From a virus (taxonomy: Duplodnaviria > Caudoviricetes), in the IMG/VR virus record IMGVR_UViG_3300037602_000036, positions 1 to 34,412 of that record: 34,412 nt of DNA; one strand, given 5' to 3'. A program made the position numbers and the translations under genes. Positions within the stretch are counted from its first letter, which is position 1, and each line of letters begins with the position of its first letter. The notes under the pieces are model-generated. The model did no database searches. It was not told the DNA's origin and saw nothing but the letters and a program-made list of their open reading frames with translations. Of this stretch, positions 18,241 through 25,893 are shown piece by piece.

Positions 18241-18806
18241 GAGGCAGCTCGCACATCCAGCGGATCAATCTTCACGCGCGTCAGCCGACCGAGGATCTCG
18301 ATCTGCGCCTCGATCATCGGGAATGAATCGTGTGCAGCCTCGACCATTCGGGTGAACTTCACCAGTCGCTCAGCGAAGGGGCCAGCCAGAACGTCGAGCG
18401 CCTCCCCCGGCTGAAACTGGCACATAGCAGCGCGATCGCGGCTTTCGATGATCCGTTCTGCATCAGCGTTCTCTGATTTCACCTTGGCGATGAACGGTTG
18501 CACATGGCGGCACACCTCCTGCGCCGGCACAGCCATGAGGGAAGCGCTCAACCCACGGCACTGGATCGCGCGGGTAAACATGGACGCGGGGATCTCCGCG
18601 AAGATGTATCCCGGCAAATACGCGCTTGTGATCGGTTCGGCGTGGCGCTTCTTGCCGACACGCTTGAACTCGATCCTGCGGGGGGCGTGGGCCTCGATGC
18701 CCAACGCGCGCAGCTGGCGCTCTACTGCGAATTCTCCCCGCTCTTTCTCAGCGCCGGGTTCGGGTGCGATCAATCGGGTGGTCGTTCTGCCCAGATACCA
18801 CGTCAT
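18237..18806 (-). CDS. NusG-family (NGN+KOW) transcription antiterminator
   Basis: YLPGYIFA NGN motif; FQPGEALDVLAGPF KOW motif; ILGRLTRV; at the Q-equivalent locus; AGGAG RBS. Confidence 0.85.
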   Translation of the reverse strand: MTWYLGRTTTRLIAPEPGAEKERGEFAVERQLRALGIEAHAPRRIEFKRVGKKRHAEPITSAYLPGYIFAEIPASMFTRAIQCRGLSASLMAVPAQEVCRHVQPFIAKVKSENADAERIIESRDRAAMCQFQPGEALDVLAGPFAERLVKFTRMVEAAHDSFPMIEAQIEILGRLTRVKIDPLDVRAAS

Positions 18807-18828
18807 TTTGCCTGTCTCCTGCATTTGG

Positions 18829-19083
18829 CTACTTGCTGAGGTCTACGGGTTCCGGATTGAACAGGAACTCTCGCGTGCATCCGGTGAGAGCGCAGAGAGC
18901 GTCTATGTATTCATCAGGTGGTCTGGTGCCACGCGCGCGAAGGCTCGATACTGCGGCACAGCTCTTGCCGATGCTTCCTGACCACTCTGTGAACGTGACC
19001 TGACCAACAACGAGGGCGACCTCGACGCGCTCCCAGAACTCTGGGGGCATGCGGTCTTTCAGCGGGCGTCCTCTCATAGCCAT
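18829..19083 (-). CDS. Small HTH-like DNA-binding protein
   Basis: TEWSGSIGKSCAAVSSLR..P..IDALC..TGCTREFL resembles XRE-like HTH; TGATG-coupled to ssb. Confidence 0.6.
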   Translation of the reverse strand: MAMRGRPLKDRMPPEFWERVEVALVVGQVTFTEWSGSIGKSCAAVSSLRARGTRPPDEYIDALCALTGCTREFLFNPEPVDLSK

Positions 19084-19568
19084 CAGAAAGGCACCTCGTC
19101 GTCATCGATGCTCTGACTGTCAGAGCCGTATCCGCTGCCCTGAGTTCCATCGGAGCCGTATCCACCGCCGTAGCCACCACCGTAGCCACCGTCATCGCGG
19201 GACTGACCATCGCCATTGCGACCGTCCAGCATGGTCAGCGTGGAGCCAAAGCCATGCAGCACGATCTCGGTTGAATAGCGGTCCTGACCGCTCTGGTCCT
19301 GCCACTTGCGGGTTTGCAGCTGGCCTTCGACATAAACCTTTGACCCTTTGCGCAGGTATTGCTCGGCCACACGCACCAGACCTTCATTAAAGATCGCAAC
19401 GGAGTGCCATTCGGTCTTTTCGCGGCGCTCGCCCGTGTTGCGGTCTTTCCAGGTCTCAGAGGTCGCGATGCGAAGGTTGCAGACCTTGCCTCCGTTCTGG
19501 AAGCTGCGCACAGAAGGATCCGCCCCCAAATTGCCAATCAACTGGACCTTGTTCAGACTACCGGCCAT
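19083..19568 (-). CDS. ssb: Single-stranded DNA-binding protein
   Basis: [38 protein letters not shown], Gly-rich linker, acidic DDDEVPF tail. Confidence 0.97.
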   Translation of the reverse strand: MAGSLNKVQLIGNLGADPSVRSFQNGGKVCNLRIATSETWKDRNTGERREKTEWHSVAIFNEGLVRVAEQYLRKGSKVYVEGQLQTRKWQDQSGQDRYSTEIVLHGFGSTLTMLDGRNGDGQSRDDGGYGGGYGGGYGSDGTQGSGYGSDSQSIDDDEVPF

Positions 19569-20064
19569 TTGCAATTTCTCCTGCAGATTTCGGCCCTGCC
19601 CCGCGGAAGCCTGGAGCGCCAGGGCGCAAGTTTTTCTCTGATTTTGGGTTCATTCTCCCCTTGCGGGCCATGTCGCGAGCGTTCTCACGCTGGCTTCCTG
19701 CAAAGAGGTGGTTGGGGTTGACGCAAGACGGGTTGTCGCAGATGTGGCAAATAACGGCGCACTCAGGGATCGGGCCAAACCGCATTTCGTACGACAGGCG
19801 ATGGGCCCTGATTTTCCGGGTCCGAAAACTGACAAGACCATAGCCCGCATCATCCTTGGTGCCCGCCCAGTTCCAGCACCCGTTCGTAGGATGGATGGAA
19901 ACGCTATCCCAAAACCTGAGATGAGGCGGCCGATCCTTCTTTGCGTCGTTCGAGCAAGCCGCCGAGCAAAAGGCCCGATCTTCCCACTGCGCCTGGCTGT
20001 CCCTCTTTCGACGCTGCAGTTCGCGGCCGCAGGTTTCACAGACTTTGTTCAGCGATCCAGCCAT
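19558..20064 (-). CDS. HNH homing-type endonuclease with N-terminal Zn finger
   Basis: CxxC..FCSxx[31 protein letters not shown] motifs; GAGGAGG RBS. Confidence 0.9.
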   Translation of the reverse strand: MAGSLNKVCETCGRELQRRKRDSQAQWEDRAFCSAACSNDAKKDRPPHLRFWDSVSIHPTNGCWNWAGTKDDAGYGLVSFRTRKIRAHRLSYEMRFGPIPECAVICHICDNPSCVNPNHLFAGSQRENARDMARKGRMNPKSEKNLRPGAPGFRGAGPKSAGEIANGR

Positions 20065-20285
20065 CAAGCGACCTCCTCAGATGTTAGTTCGGGATATGCC
20101 GCCTCCAGAGAAGCGCGGTTCCAGCGAAGGCCACGGGAATAGATGTACGAGCCAAGTGCTGCCTGGCTCATTTCAAGCTTGGCCGCCGCCTTGGGAAGGC
20201 TGCTGTCGATATGAGCGTGGATCGCGCGCATCTTCTCCAGCTCGTGGCGGCGAAGGATCTGGGGCCATGTCTCGGGGGCGCTCAT
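20064..20285 (-). CDS. Hypothetical protein, possible HTH
   Basis: 73 aa, [16 protein letters not shown]; coupled at both ends. Confidence 0.65.
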   Translation of the reverse strand: MSAPETWPQILRRHELEKMRAIHAHIDSSLPKAAAKLEMSQAALGSYIYSRGLRWNRASLEAAYPELTSEEVA

Positions 20286-20890
20286 GACGGGTCACCCATC
20301 ATGCAATCGCCTCGCAGGGCGATATCTACAGCAGCCTCGCGATCTTTCCTCGACTGGCGCGGGAACATCTCGTCAACCATGGCCTGAATGCGGGCGCGTT
20401 CCTCGTTTGTTGGCGGACGGCGCTTCGGTTCCGGGTCTGGCGCGGGTTGAGACAGGGCGGCGATCATGTGGCGGCGAGGACTGGCCTTAGCCTCACACAG
20501 TCGCTCCAATTCGGCCCACGACGGGAACCACTTCCACGAATGCCGCAAAAGCGCGTGACGGACCACATCAGCGGGGTATTGCGCCAAGCGTGAGGAGTAT
20601 GCGGTGAGCTGAAGTTCTGCCGCGATACCGTCAGTGCCGCGCCCCGCTGTGAGAACCGAAAGCTCGGCCAGCCAGCGCTCAATCTGCGGAATAGGCGCGG
20701 GCGTCTGAAACTTCTTCAGATCTTCAATCGCGGCCTCGCGCTGAGCCGTGGTCCCGTGGATGTGGCACCCAACTGCGACCTCGTAGCTGGGGAGATACTC
20801 GCCGTTGGCTCCGGTCGGGTATCGTCCCTCGTACCTAACCTCCAAATTGACGCCGTGCGACTGCGCCCGCGATACCGCCGCCTTGTCCAT
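20282..20890 (-). CDS. Replication-associated protein (possible helicase loader); start uncertain, frame open to 21058
   Basis: Y..RL.QYPADVV..W.WFPSWAEL motif typical of genes following phage initiators. Confidence 0.6.
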   Translation of the reverse strand: MDKAAVSRAQSHGVNLEVRYEGRYPTGANGEYLPSYEVAVGCHIHGTTAQREAAIEDLKKFQTPAPIPQIERWLAELSVLTAGRGTDGIAAELQLTAYSSRLAQYPADVVRHALLRHSWKWFPSWAELERLCEAKASPRRHMIAALSQPAPDPEPKRRPPTNEERARIQAMVDEMFPRQSRKDREAAVDIALRGDCMMGDPS

Positions 20891-21581
20891 GTCCGCCGGT
20901 GTATGCTTGGCCAGCCATCCGGCGATTTCGGATGAATTTTGGGGCGACGTCGCGACAGCGGTTGCGCCACGTTTGCCGCCAACCGCGTCGAGACTTTCTT
21001 CCGCCAGCGTCTGTCCGGTCTGTCCAATAGGCATGAAAGTCATCTGCGATCTCCTCAATTTCGGCGTCGGTCAAGTTCAGTGAAAGGGCGTATGCTCGGT
21101 CTTCGTCACTGGGTGCCCAGTCCTCGGGCAGCCGTGCCTTGTCTGGCTTTTTCGGTTTTTCCCGCTGGGGAACTACAAGGGGTAATGACGGTTCAATGAT
21201 GGTTACTGACGGTTTGGGTGCATCTGGTGCGGGGGTAGGGGTGCATTTCGTGCGGGGGGGTGGTGCATCTGGTGCGGGGTGCATTTCGTGCGGGGGTGCA
21301 TCTGGTGCGGGGGGTGGCGTCGGTGTTGGGCGGACGAAATAGAGGTTGGACCCATTCCGCCCTGCCCCCGGTATGATGTCCACATAGCCCTGCGCCTGGA
21401 GTTTCCTGATGTTCGTCTGCACCGCTCGCTCCCCGAGCCCTGTGCGCTGGCACAGGCGGGTGATTGATGGATAGCAGCGGCCCTCGTCGTCAGCATGATC
21501 AGCGAGTGCGAGCATGATGAGACGCTCTGTGGCTCCCAGTGTTTCGCTTTCGAAAACGGCTGACATGATGCGGATGCTCAT
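20835..21581 (-). CDS. Replication initiator (N-terminal wHTH, DnaT-like C-terminus)
   Basis: LALADHADDEGRCYPSI..L..TGL.ER.V HTH_36-like; iteron-encoded Pro-rich linker; RLPEDWAP..F..YW..W..TWRN. Confidence 0.85.
   Translation of the reverse strand: MSIRIMSAVFESETLGATERLIMLALADHADDEGRCYPSITRLCQRTGLGERAVQTNIRKLQAQGYVDIIPGAGRNGSNLYFVRPTPTPPPAPDAPPHEMHPAPDAPPPRTKCTPTPAPDAPKPSVTIIEPSLPLVVPQREKPKKPDKARLPEDWAPSDEDRAYALSLNLTDAEIEEIADDFHAYWTDRTDAGGRKSRRGWRQTWRNRCRDVAPKFIRNRRMAGQAYTGGHGQGGGIAGAVARRQFGG
21217..21312. repeat. Iteron array (phage replication origin)
   Basis: Five 18-mers GGTGCAT(CTG/TTC)GTGCGGGG at 21217, 21240, 21262, 21278, 21295 inside the initiator gene. Confidence 0.8.
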
Positions 21582-21934
21582 GACTGGCCTCCAATCTCGA
21601 TATAAACCGCCCCGCCCTTCTCGACGGGGCCAAACTCTGTCGGGAACACGCAGCGAAACCCCACGTCATCAACCTTCATCGCGTCGGCAATCCCATCGAT
21701 GGCAGCCTTCATGGTGGCTGGCAGATTGTGGGTGTCGCGGCGGCGGCGATCAGGCGGGCAGAAACGAAACGTGAGAACCGCAGCTGGGTCTCTCGGCCAC
21801 TTTGCTTCCAAGGCTAGCGCCCATGCCTCCTTGCGCTGTGTGCGCTTGGCTGCGGCCTTGACCATGTGACTGGCCTTCTCATTGTCCCAGAGGGCGCGGC
21901 GGGGCCAAGAGAGGCGGATGGTGGTGGATTTCAT
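21578..21934 (-). CDS. RusA-like Holliday junction resolvase
   Basis: F.PPDRRRRD..N...K..IDGIADA...DD..F motif. Confidence 0.75.
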   Translation of the reverse strand: MKSTTIRLSWPRRALWDNEKASHMVKAAAKRTQRKEAWALALEAKWPRDPAAVLTFRFCPPDRRRRDTHNLPATMKAAIDGIADAMKVDDVGFRCVFPTEFGPVEKGGAVYIEIGGQS

Positions 21935-22464
21935 GCGGCCCTCCCAAAGAACTCACACGGCCCAGAGCCTCCTTGGTCGAAAAGGTGCCAGGCGCAGTTG
22001 TCCTTACCGGTGTGTGGGCTGTCCTTGATCCACTTCACTCGCCCTACGGAGACCACCTTGCGCAGCATTGGCATGAATGGCGCGGCCTGCCGTGTGTGAA
22101 CCCAATCCGCATCGAACAGGAGCCATGTCGGGCTCAATCGCGAGAAATGCTCGATCATGGGGTGCAGGACCTTCCGATCCCACGGCGGGTTGGTGATGAT
22201 CCATTCACAAGACCCGAGGAAGCAATCAAGGTCGTCCGTGAGAGCGTCCAGTTGCACAATCCCGGCTGCGCGCGGTTCAATGTCGGTGGCGCTTGCGCAG
22301 GACATCCCGTGGCTCTCCAGTGCACGGATCAGCGCGCCATCCCCGGCGCACGGCTCGCAGAACATGTCGCCATGCCTGAGATGTGGAATAAGCGGCGCAA
22401 CGGCCTCTGGTGGAGTCGGATAGAAGTCGCGCGGGATGCGATCGAAGTTGCTTCTCTTGCCCAT
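21931..22464 (-). CDS. Phage amino-type DNA methyltransferase
   Basis: DFYPTP, EPCAGDG (SAM-binding) and ITNPPW (catalytic) motifs. Confidence 0.8.
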   Translation of the reverse strand: MGKRSNFDRIPRDFYPTPPEAVAPLIPHLRHGDMFCEPCAGDGALIRALESHGMSCASATDIEPRAAGIVQLDALTDDLDCFLGSCEWIITNPPWDRKVLHPMIEHFSRLSPTWLLFDADWVHTRQAAPFMPMLRKVVSVGRVKWIKDSPHTGKDNCAWHLFDQGGSGPCEFFGRAA

Positions 22465-22466
22465 GA

Positions 22467-22769
22467 TCAGTCCTTCCCCGCGGCTCTACGCATCCGGCGG
22501 ATGCAGCGGTTCATGATCCGTGTGCGCTCAGCGATAGTCTCCGCGAGGATCAGCTTCTTGCGCTCGATGCGTGGCTCAAGGGTGGCGAGGCGCGAGAGTT
22601 CCGCGTCGTCCGCATAGCGCAGCCACGGGGCGTCAATACCGAAGGGTGCTTCGATCCTCGGGCCTCCGTTGTGGCCGATGTGCGCGGCGATTGCGGCAAT
22701 CTTGCGCGCCTCGGCTTCCTGCTGCGCTTGTACCTTGGCGTAAATGGCCGTGAGAGGGTCATCCAGCAT
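22467..22769 (-). CDS. Hypothetical protein
   Basis: 100 aa with GHNGGP motif; fills operon. Confidence 0.65.
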   Translation of the reverse strand: MLDDPLTAIYAKVQAQQEAEARKIAAIAAHIGHNGGPRIEAPFGIDAPWLRYADDAELSRLATLEPRIERKKLILAETIAERTRIMNRCIRRMRRAAGKD

Positions 22770-22772
22770 TGA

Positions 22773-23003
22773 TCAATCATCCGTCTTGTACAGTGGGTCG
22801 CGCTGTACAGGCTTCGGAGAAATTGCCCGTCCAATCGCCATGGAAAGCCCAGATCGGATGTTCTGCGTGGCGTTTGATTTGGTGGCCTTACAGGGGCACT
22901 CAGCGAGAGCGACACGCAAGCTCTGCGCTCGGTCCTTCGGCATGCGGATGACCAGATCTTCGCCTTCGAGTTTCACGCTGCCGCCGCGTGCCGGATCAGC
23001 CAT
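22773..23003 (-). CDS. Hypothetical protein
   Basis: 76 aa, tightly packed in operon. Confidence 0.6.
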   Translation of the reverse strand: MADPARGGSVKLEGEDLVIRMPKDRAQSLRVALAECPCKATKSNATQNIRSGLSMAIGRAISPKPVQRDPLYKTDD

Positions 23004-23006
23004 GTC

Positions 23007-23450
23007 TCAGGCCTTTCTGATGGGGGTGACGCCAGCGGCCAGCGCCTCGAAGCGCACGGCCATTTCATCGAATTTTGCCGAGGCCTCCCGCGCCTCCACG
23101 ACTGCGGCTGCGTAATCGCCCGCATCGCCAGACTGCGCGGCGCGGATACCGGCGCACACCGCCTGGCCACCCTCTTCGGAGGCTTCACCCGAAAGCGCGT
23201 AGAGGCATGTCTCTCCCCCATCACGAACGGAGGACGCGCGGTAGGTGTCGAAGCAGTTATTTCGAGTGGCATCCATAAGGGCCCACGCCCAGAGAAGCGG
23301 AACCTCTAGCTGCCCGTTCTTGATCTTCGTGAGAGTGCCAATGCTGATCGAATGACCAACGGCAGAGGCAATGACAGACGCTGCGGCTTCCTTGCCACCC
23401 GCTTGGGTCACGAGGTTGTCAAACATCTGCGCGGCGATCTTAGGCTGCAT
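23007..23450 (-). CDS. CII-like phage regulatory protein
   Basis: Position after cro; LV..AGGKEAAAS helical N-terminus and EA.E C-terminal helices. Confidence 0.5.
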   Translation of the reverse strand: MQPKIAAQMFDNLVTQAGGKEAAASVIASAVGHSISIGTLTKIKNGQLEVPLLWAWALMDATRNNCFDTYRASSVRDGGETCLYALSGEASEEGGQAVCAGIRAAQSGDAGDYAAAVVEAREASAKFDEMAVRFEALAAGVTPIRKA

Positions 23451-23530
23451 GGAAAGGCCTTTTCCTTGGGGTTCGAGTTCGCCGCGCCCAACTTGAATGT
23501 ATGGAAGCGGTATTAGGCATAGAGAGAGGG

Positions 23531-23788
23531 TTAGGCGGCGGTGTCGCGAGAGATGGCCGACACATGCTCACGCAAACCCTTCGGAGGCGTGTGACCTTCA
23601 GGCCAGTTCTCAAGAAACCAAACCATGGCATTGTTGAAACGGCGGACGTCTATCCCCGCCCCACCCCGGAGAGCGGATAGCTTCTTGCTATCCTCAAAAA
23701 CGCGATGAGAAACCGTCCGGTCATGCTCGACCGAAGCAGCGATTTTATAGGCGTCAGCGACGGCCAAGAGAGCATGGATTGTCATCAT
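23531..23788 (-). CDS. Cro-like regulator
   Basis: Divergent from cI; TVSHRVF.D.KKL..LR.GA..WF..NWP pattern; start placed just after predicted PR. Confidence 0.7.
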   Translation of the reverse strand: MMTIHALLAVADAYKIAASVEHDRTVSHRVFEDSKKLSALRGGAGIDVRRFNNAMVWFLENWPEGHTPPKGLREHVSAISRDTAA

Positions 23789-23795
23789 GAACCGG

Positions 23796-23874
23796 ATCAT
23801 GCGGTTTTTTTACCGCCCCGTCAACGGTCATCTTACCGCTCTTCGCAGATCCACACCTGCGGTAATATTACCCC
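23796..23874. promoter_or_regulatory. OR region: three 16-bp operators with PR and PRM
   Basis: GCGGTTTTTTTACCGC 23801-16, ACGGTCATCTTACCGC 23824-39, GCGGTAATATTACCCC 23859-74; PR TTGACG-N17-CATGAT (minus); PRM -10 TAATAT 23863-68. Confidence 0.8.
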
Positions 23875-23875
23875 C

Positions 23876-24526
23876 ATGGATATGGGTGAGATTTTGGCTC
23901 GGATCACCGAGCGCCGTGAAGAGCTGAAGTTGTCCGAGCAGGCCTTGGCGCTCCAATCTGGAATGTCAAAGGACGGCATTCGAAATTGGAGAAGGCGCTT
24001 TGAAGCTGGAGACGACAACGCCGGAGCGAACGTCAGTTCAATCAGCAAAGTTGCCTCGACATTAGGTGTCTCAGAACTCTGGCTGCTTCACGGTATCGGC
24101 GAGAGTAAAACCCCCACCATCTCGATCGCGGGCAAAGTAGGTGCTGGCGCCCAGGTACCGGTGTTCGACGCCTACGAGAAGGGCGATGGCCCACAGGTCG
24201 AGTGTCCGCCGGGCATTGGACCGCACGGCGTTGTAGCGGTCGAGGTCGAGGGTGACAGTATGGAGCCGGTATATTCTGCCGGGGATCTACTGTTTTACTC
24301 GCGCAATGGGCACGACAGCGTTCCCGACGACGTGATCGGCTACAAGTGCGTTTGCGAGGACGCGGACGGCATGGGCTGGGTTAAGCAAGTCAAGGCGGGT
24401 GATGAGCCGGGGCTGTTCCACCTGATCTCGCTCAACCCCACCGGCGCAAACATGTGGAACGTGCGCCTCAAGTGGGCCGCCCGCGTGCGCCTGCACTGGC
24501 CTGCGGAGTTTGCGAGGAAGAAATAA
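23876..24526 (+). CDS. cI: CI-like repressor (HTH + S24 autopeptidase)
   Basis: N-terminal XRE HTH, VGAG cleavage site, VEGDSMEP catalytic Ser, VKQV Lys, LISLNP. Confidence 0.9.
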   Translation: MDMGEILARITERREELKLSEQALALQSGMSKDGIRNWRRRFEAGDDNAGANVSSISKVASTLGVSELWLLHGIGESKTPTISIAGKVGAGAQVPVFDAYEKGDGPQVECPPGIGPHGVVAVEVEGDSMEPVYSAGDLLFYSRNGHDSVPDDVIGYKCVCEDADGMGWVKQVKAGDEPGLFHLISLNPTGANMWNVRLKWAARVRLHWPAEFARKK

Positions 24527-24548
24527 ACTTATCAAATTTTGAGGTGAG

Positions 24549-24818
24549 ATGGCCCCTAAAAAATCACTCTTGGAGCGAATGCGCGCGAACCCTCGCGATG
24601 ACTGGACAATTACCCAAGTCGAAACGCTATGCAAAAAAATTGGACTAGACGTCCGGAAGCCAAACGGTAGCAGTCACTACGTTGTGTCGAGCAAATACTT
24701 GCGCGACTCACTCTGCGTGCCCTACAAGCGCCCGATTAGGGCACTATATATTAAGAACCTTGTGAGCTACTCTGACGCCCACGCCGAAATGCAATCTAAG
24801 GATAGCAGTAATGTCTGA
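24549..24818 (+). CDS. hicA: HicA-family toxin
   Basis: Basic 89 aa with GSSH motif and VP..P...YIK; overlaps hicB start. Confidence 0.8.
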   Translation: MAPKKSLLERMRANPRDDWTITQVETLCKKIGLDVRKPNGSSHYVVSSKYLRDSLCVPYKRPIRALYIKNLVSYSDAHAEMQSKDSSNV

Positions 24819-25212
24819 ATACCCCATCGTGATCGCACCGCTGCCCGATGAAGATGGCGGCGGATACATTGCACTTTATCCGGACCTTCCGGGATGCATG
24901 TCCGACGGAGACACTCCAGAAGAAGCGCTCGTGAACGCCAAGGACGCCTTTGATGCTTGGATCGAAGTTCAGAAAGAGCGCGGCGCGTCAATCCCAGCAC
25001 CTGGGGATTCCTCATCCGAAAATGCGAAGCGGATGGACTCACTCATGGAAGCATTGAAGGTTGCGCTGGACCGAGTCGAGCTAGCAGACCAACACATCAA
25101 ATCGCTTGAGGCTGCTTTGGAGAAAGCAATTCGGCAAAATACGGGATCTTGGCAGCCTTCCGGCATGCTTGCCCACACAACCCCAGCAGACAACATCGCT
25201 CACATTCACTAA
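24811..25212 (+). CDS. hicB: HicB-family antitoxin with coiled-coil C-terminus
   Basis: DGGGYIALYPDLPGCMSDGDTPEEALVNAKDA..IPAP motif. Confidence 0.9.
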   Translation: MSEYPIVIAPLPDEDGGGYIALYPDLPGCMSDGDTPEEALVNAKDAFDAWIEVQKERGASIPAPGDSSSENAKRMDSLMEALKVALDRVELADQHIKSLEAALEKAIRQNTGSWQPSGMLAHTTPADNIAHIH

Positions 25213-25236
25213 TTTTCACATCGATCAAGCGACAGG

Positions 25237-25263
25237 AACCCCGCTCCGGCGGGGTTTTTCTTT
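25237..25263 (+). terminator. Intrinsic terminator after cI-hicAB
   Basis: AACCCCGC-TCCG-GCGGGGTT followed by TTTCTTT. Confidence 0.85.
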
Positions 25264-25374
25264 GACGATAACTTTCTATCAATTTGTACGGCTTATGGTG
25301 AAGCCAACTAGACGAGCAACCAACAACTCTCGATAGCTTTGCCACTCACCCCAACCCACCACAAAGCCACCTGA

Positions 25375-25401
25375 GCCCGGCCACGCGCCGGGTTTTTCTT
25401 T
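25375..25401 (+). terminator. Second intrinsic terminator
   Basis: GCCCGGC-CACGC-GCCGGGT followed by TTTTCTTT. Confidence 0.8.
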
Positions 25402-25436
25402 GCGCGCACCATGCGGTGCCCTGATATGATGACCCT

Positions 25437-25684
25437 AGGCCGGGAACGGAATCGCCCTCATACGGCGTGACCCCGAACCCGGCTTAGGGTTTCGCGACCC
25501 TATGTTACCCGCTAGCTCCGGGAGGCTAAGGCCACGTCTGTCAGCGGGACGCTGATTGATCGAAGGCCGACCGGCAAAGGAGGGTGCACACTCCCAAGCC
25601 AAGCCGCCTCGCAAGGGCGGGATAGAAATACTGAGTGTGATATACACGCTCGACCGGTCGAGCAGCACACCGAAGGGAACACCC
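25437..25684 (+). ncRNA. Putative structured RNA / long 5' leader
   Basis: Extended -10 TGaTATGAT at 25422-30 followed by about seven consecutive hairpins. Confidence 0.5.
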
Positions 25685-25771
25685 ATGCGGTTTTGTTCGA
25701 CGGTGGCAATGTTGGCGGATCTGATCACCATCATTGTCGGGCTTATCGTCATAGCTGAAAAGCTATCATGA
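25685..25771 (+). CDS. 28-aa hydrophobic peptide (type I toxin-like)
   Basis: MRFCSTVAMLADLITIIVGLIVIAEKLS; GAAGGGA RBS; followed by a 9-bp TTCG hairpin at 25777-25798. Confidence 0.6.
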   Translation: MRFCSTVAMLADLITIIVGLIVIAEKLS

Positions 25772-25893
25772 CACCCAGGGGAGGTTTCGGCCTCCCCTAC
25801 CATCTTGCGCGCGTCTCCACCTCAGATTCCATCCGTCCAAATCAGGCCGACACCCGCACTTTAGCATGATGAGGTGAGGGACGCGACACGAAA

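Noticed and set aside
19158-19195. 12-bp tandem repeats in ssb
   Set aside because: Ordinary GGGY linker of SSB
21217-21312. CRISPR-like array
   Set aside because: Repeats abut or have spacers of 5 nt or less, lie inside the initiator gene, and no cas genes are present
23506-23522. GCGGTAT possible sixth operator
   Set aside because: Only a half-site; the other arm does not match
23705-23875. 57-codon N-terminal extension of CI in the ORF track
   Set aside because: Overlaps cro and the operators; the HTH and promoter support a start at 23876
25556-25684. Longer 71-aa version of the hydrophobic peptide
   Set aside because: TTG start lacks an SD and lies within the structured RNA; ATG 25685 has an RBS
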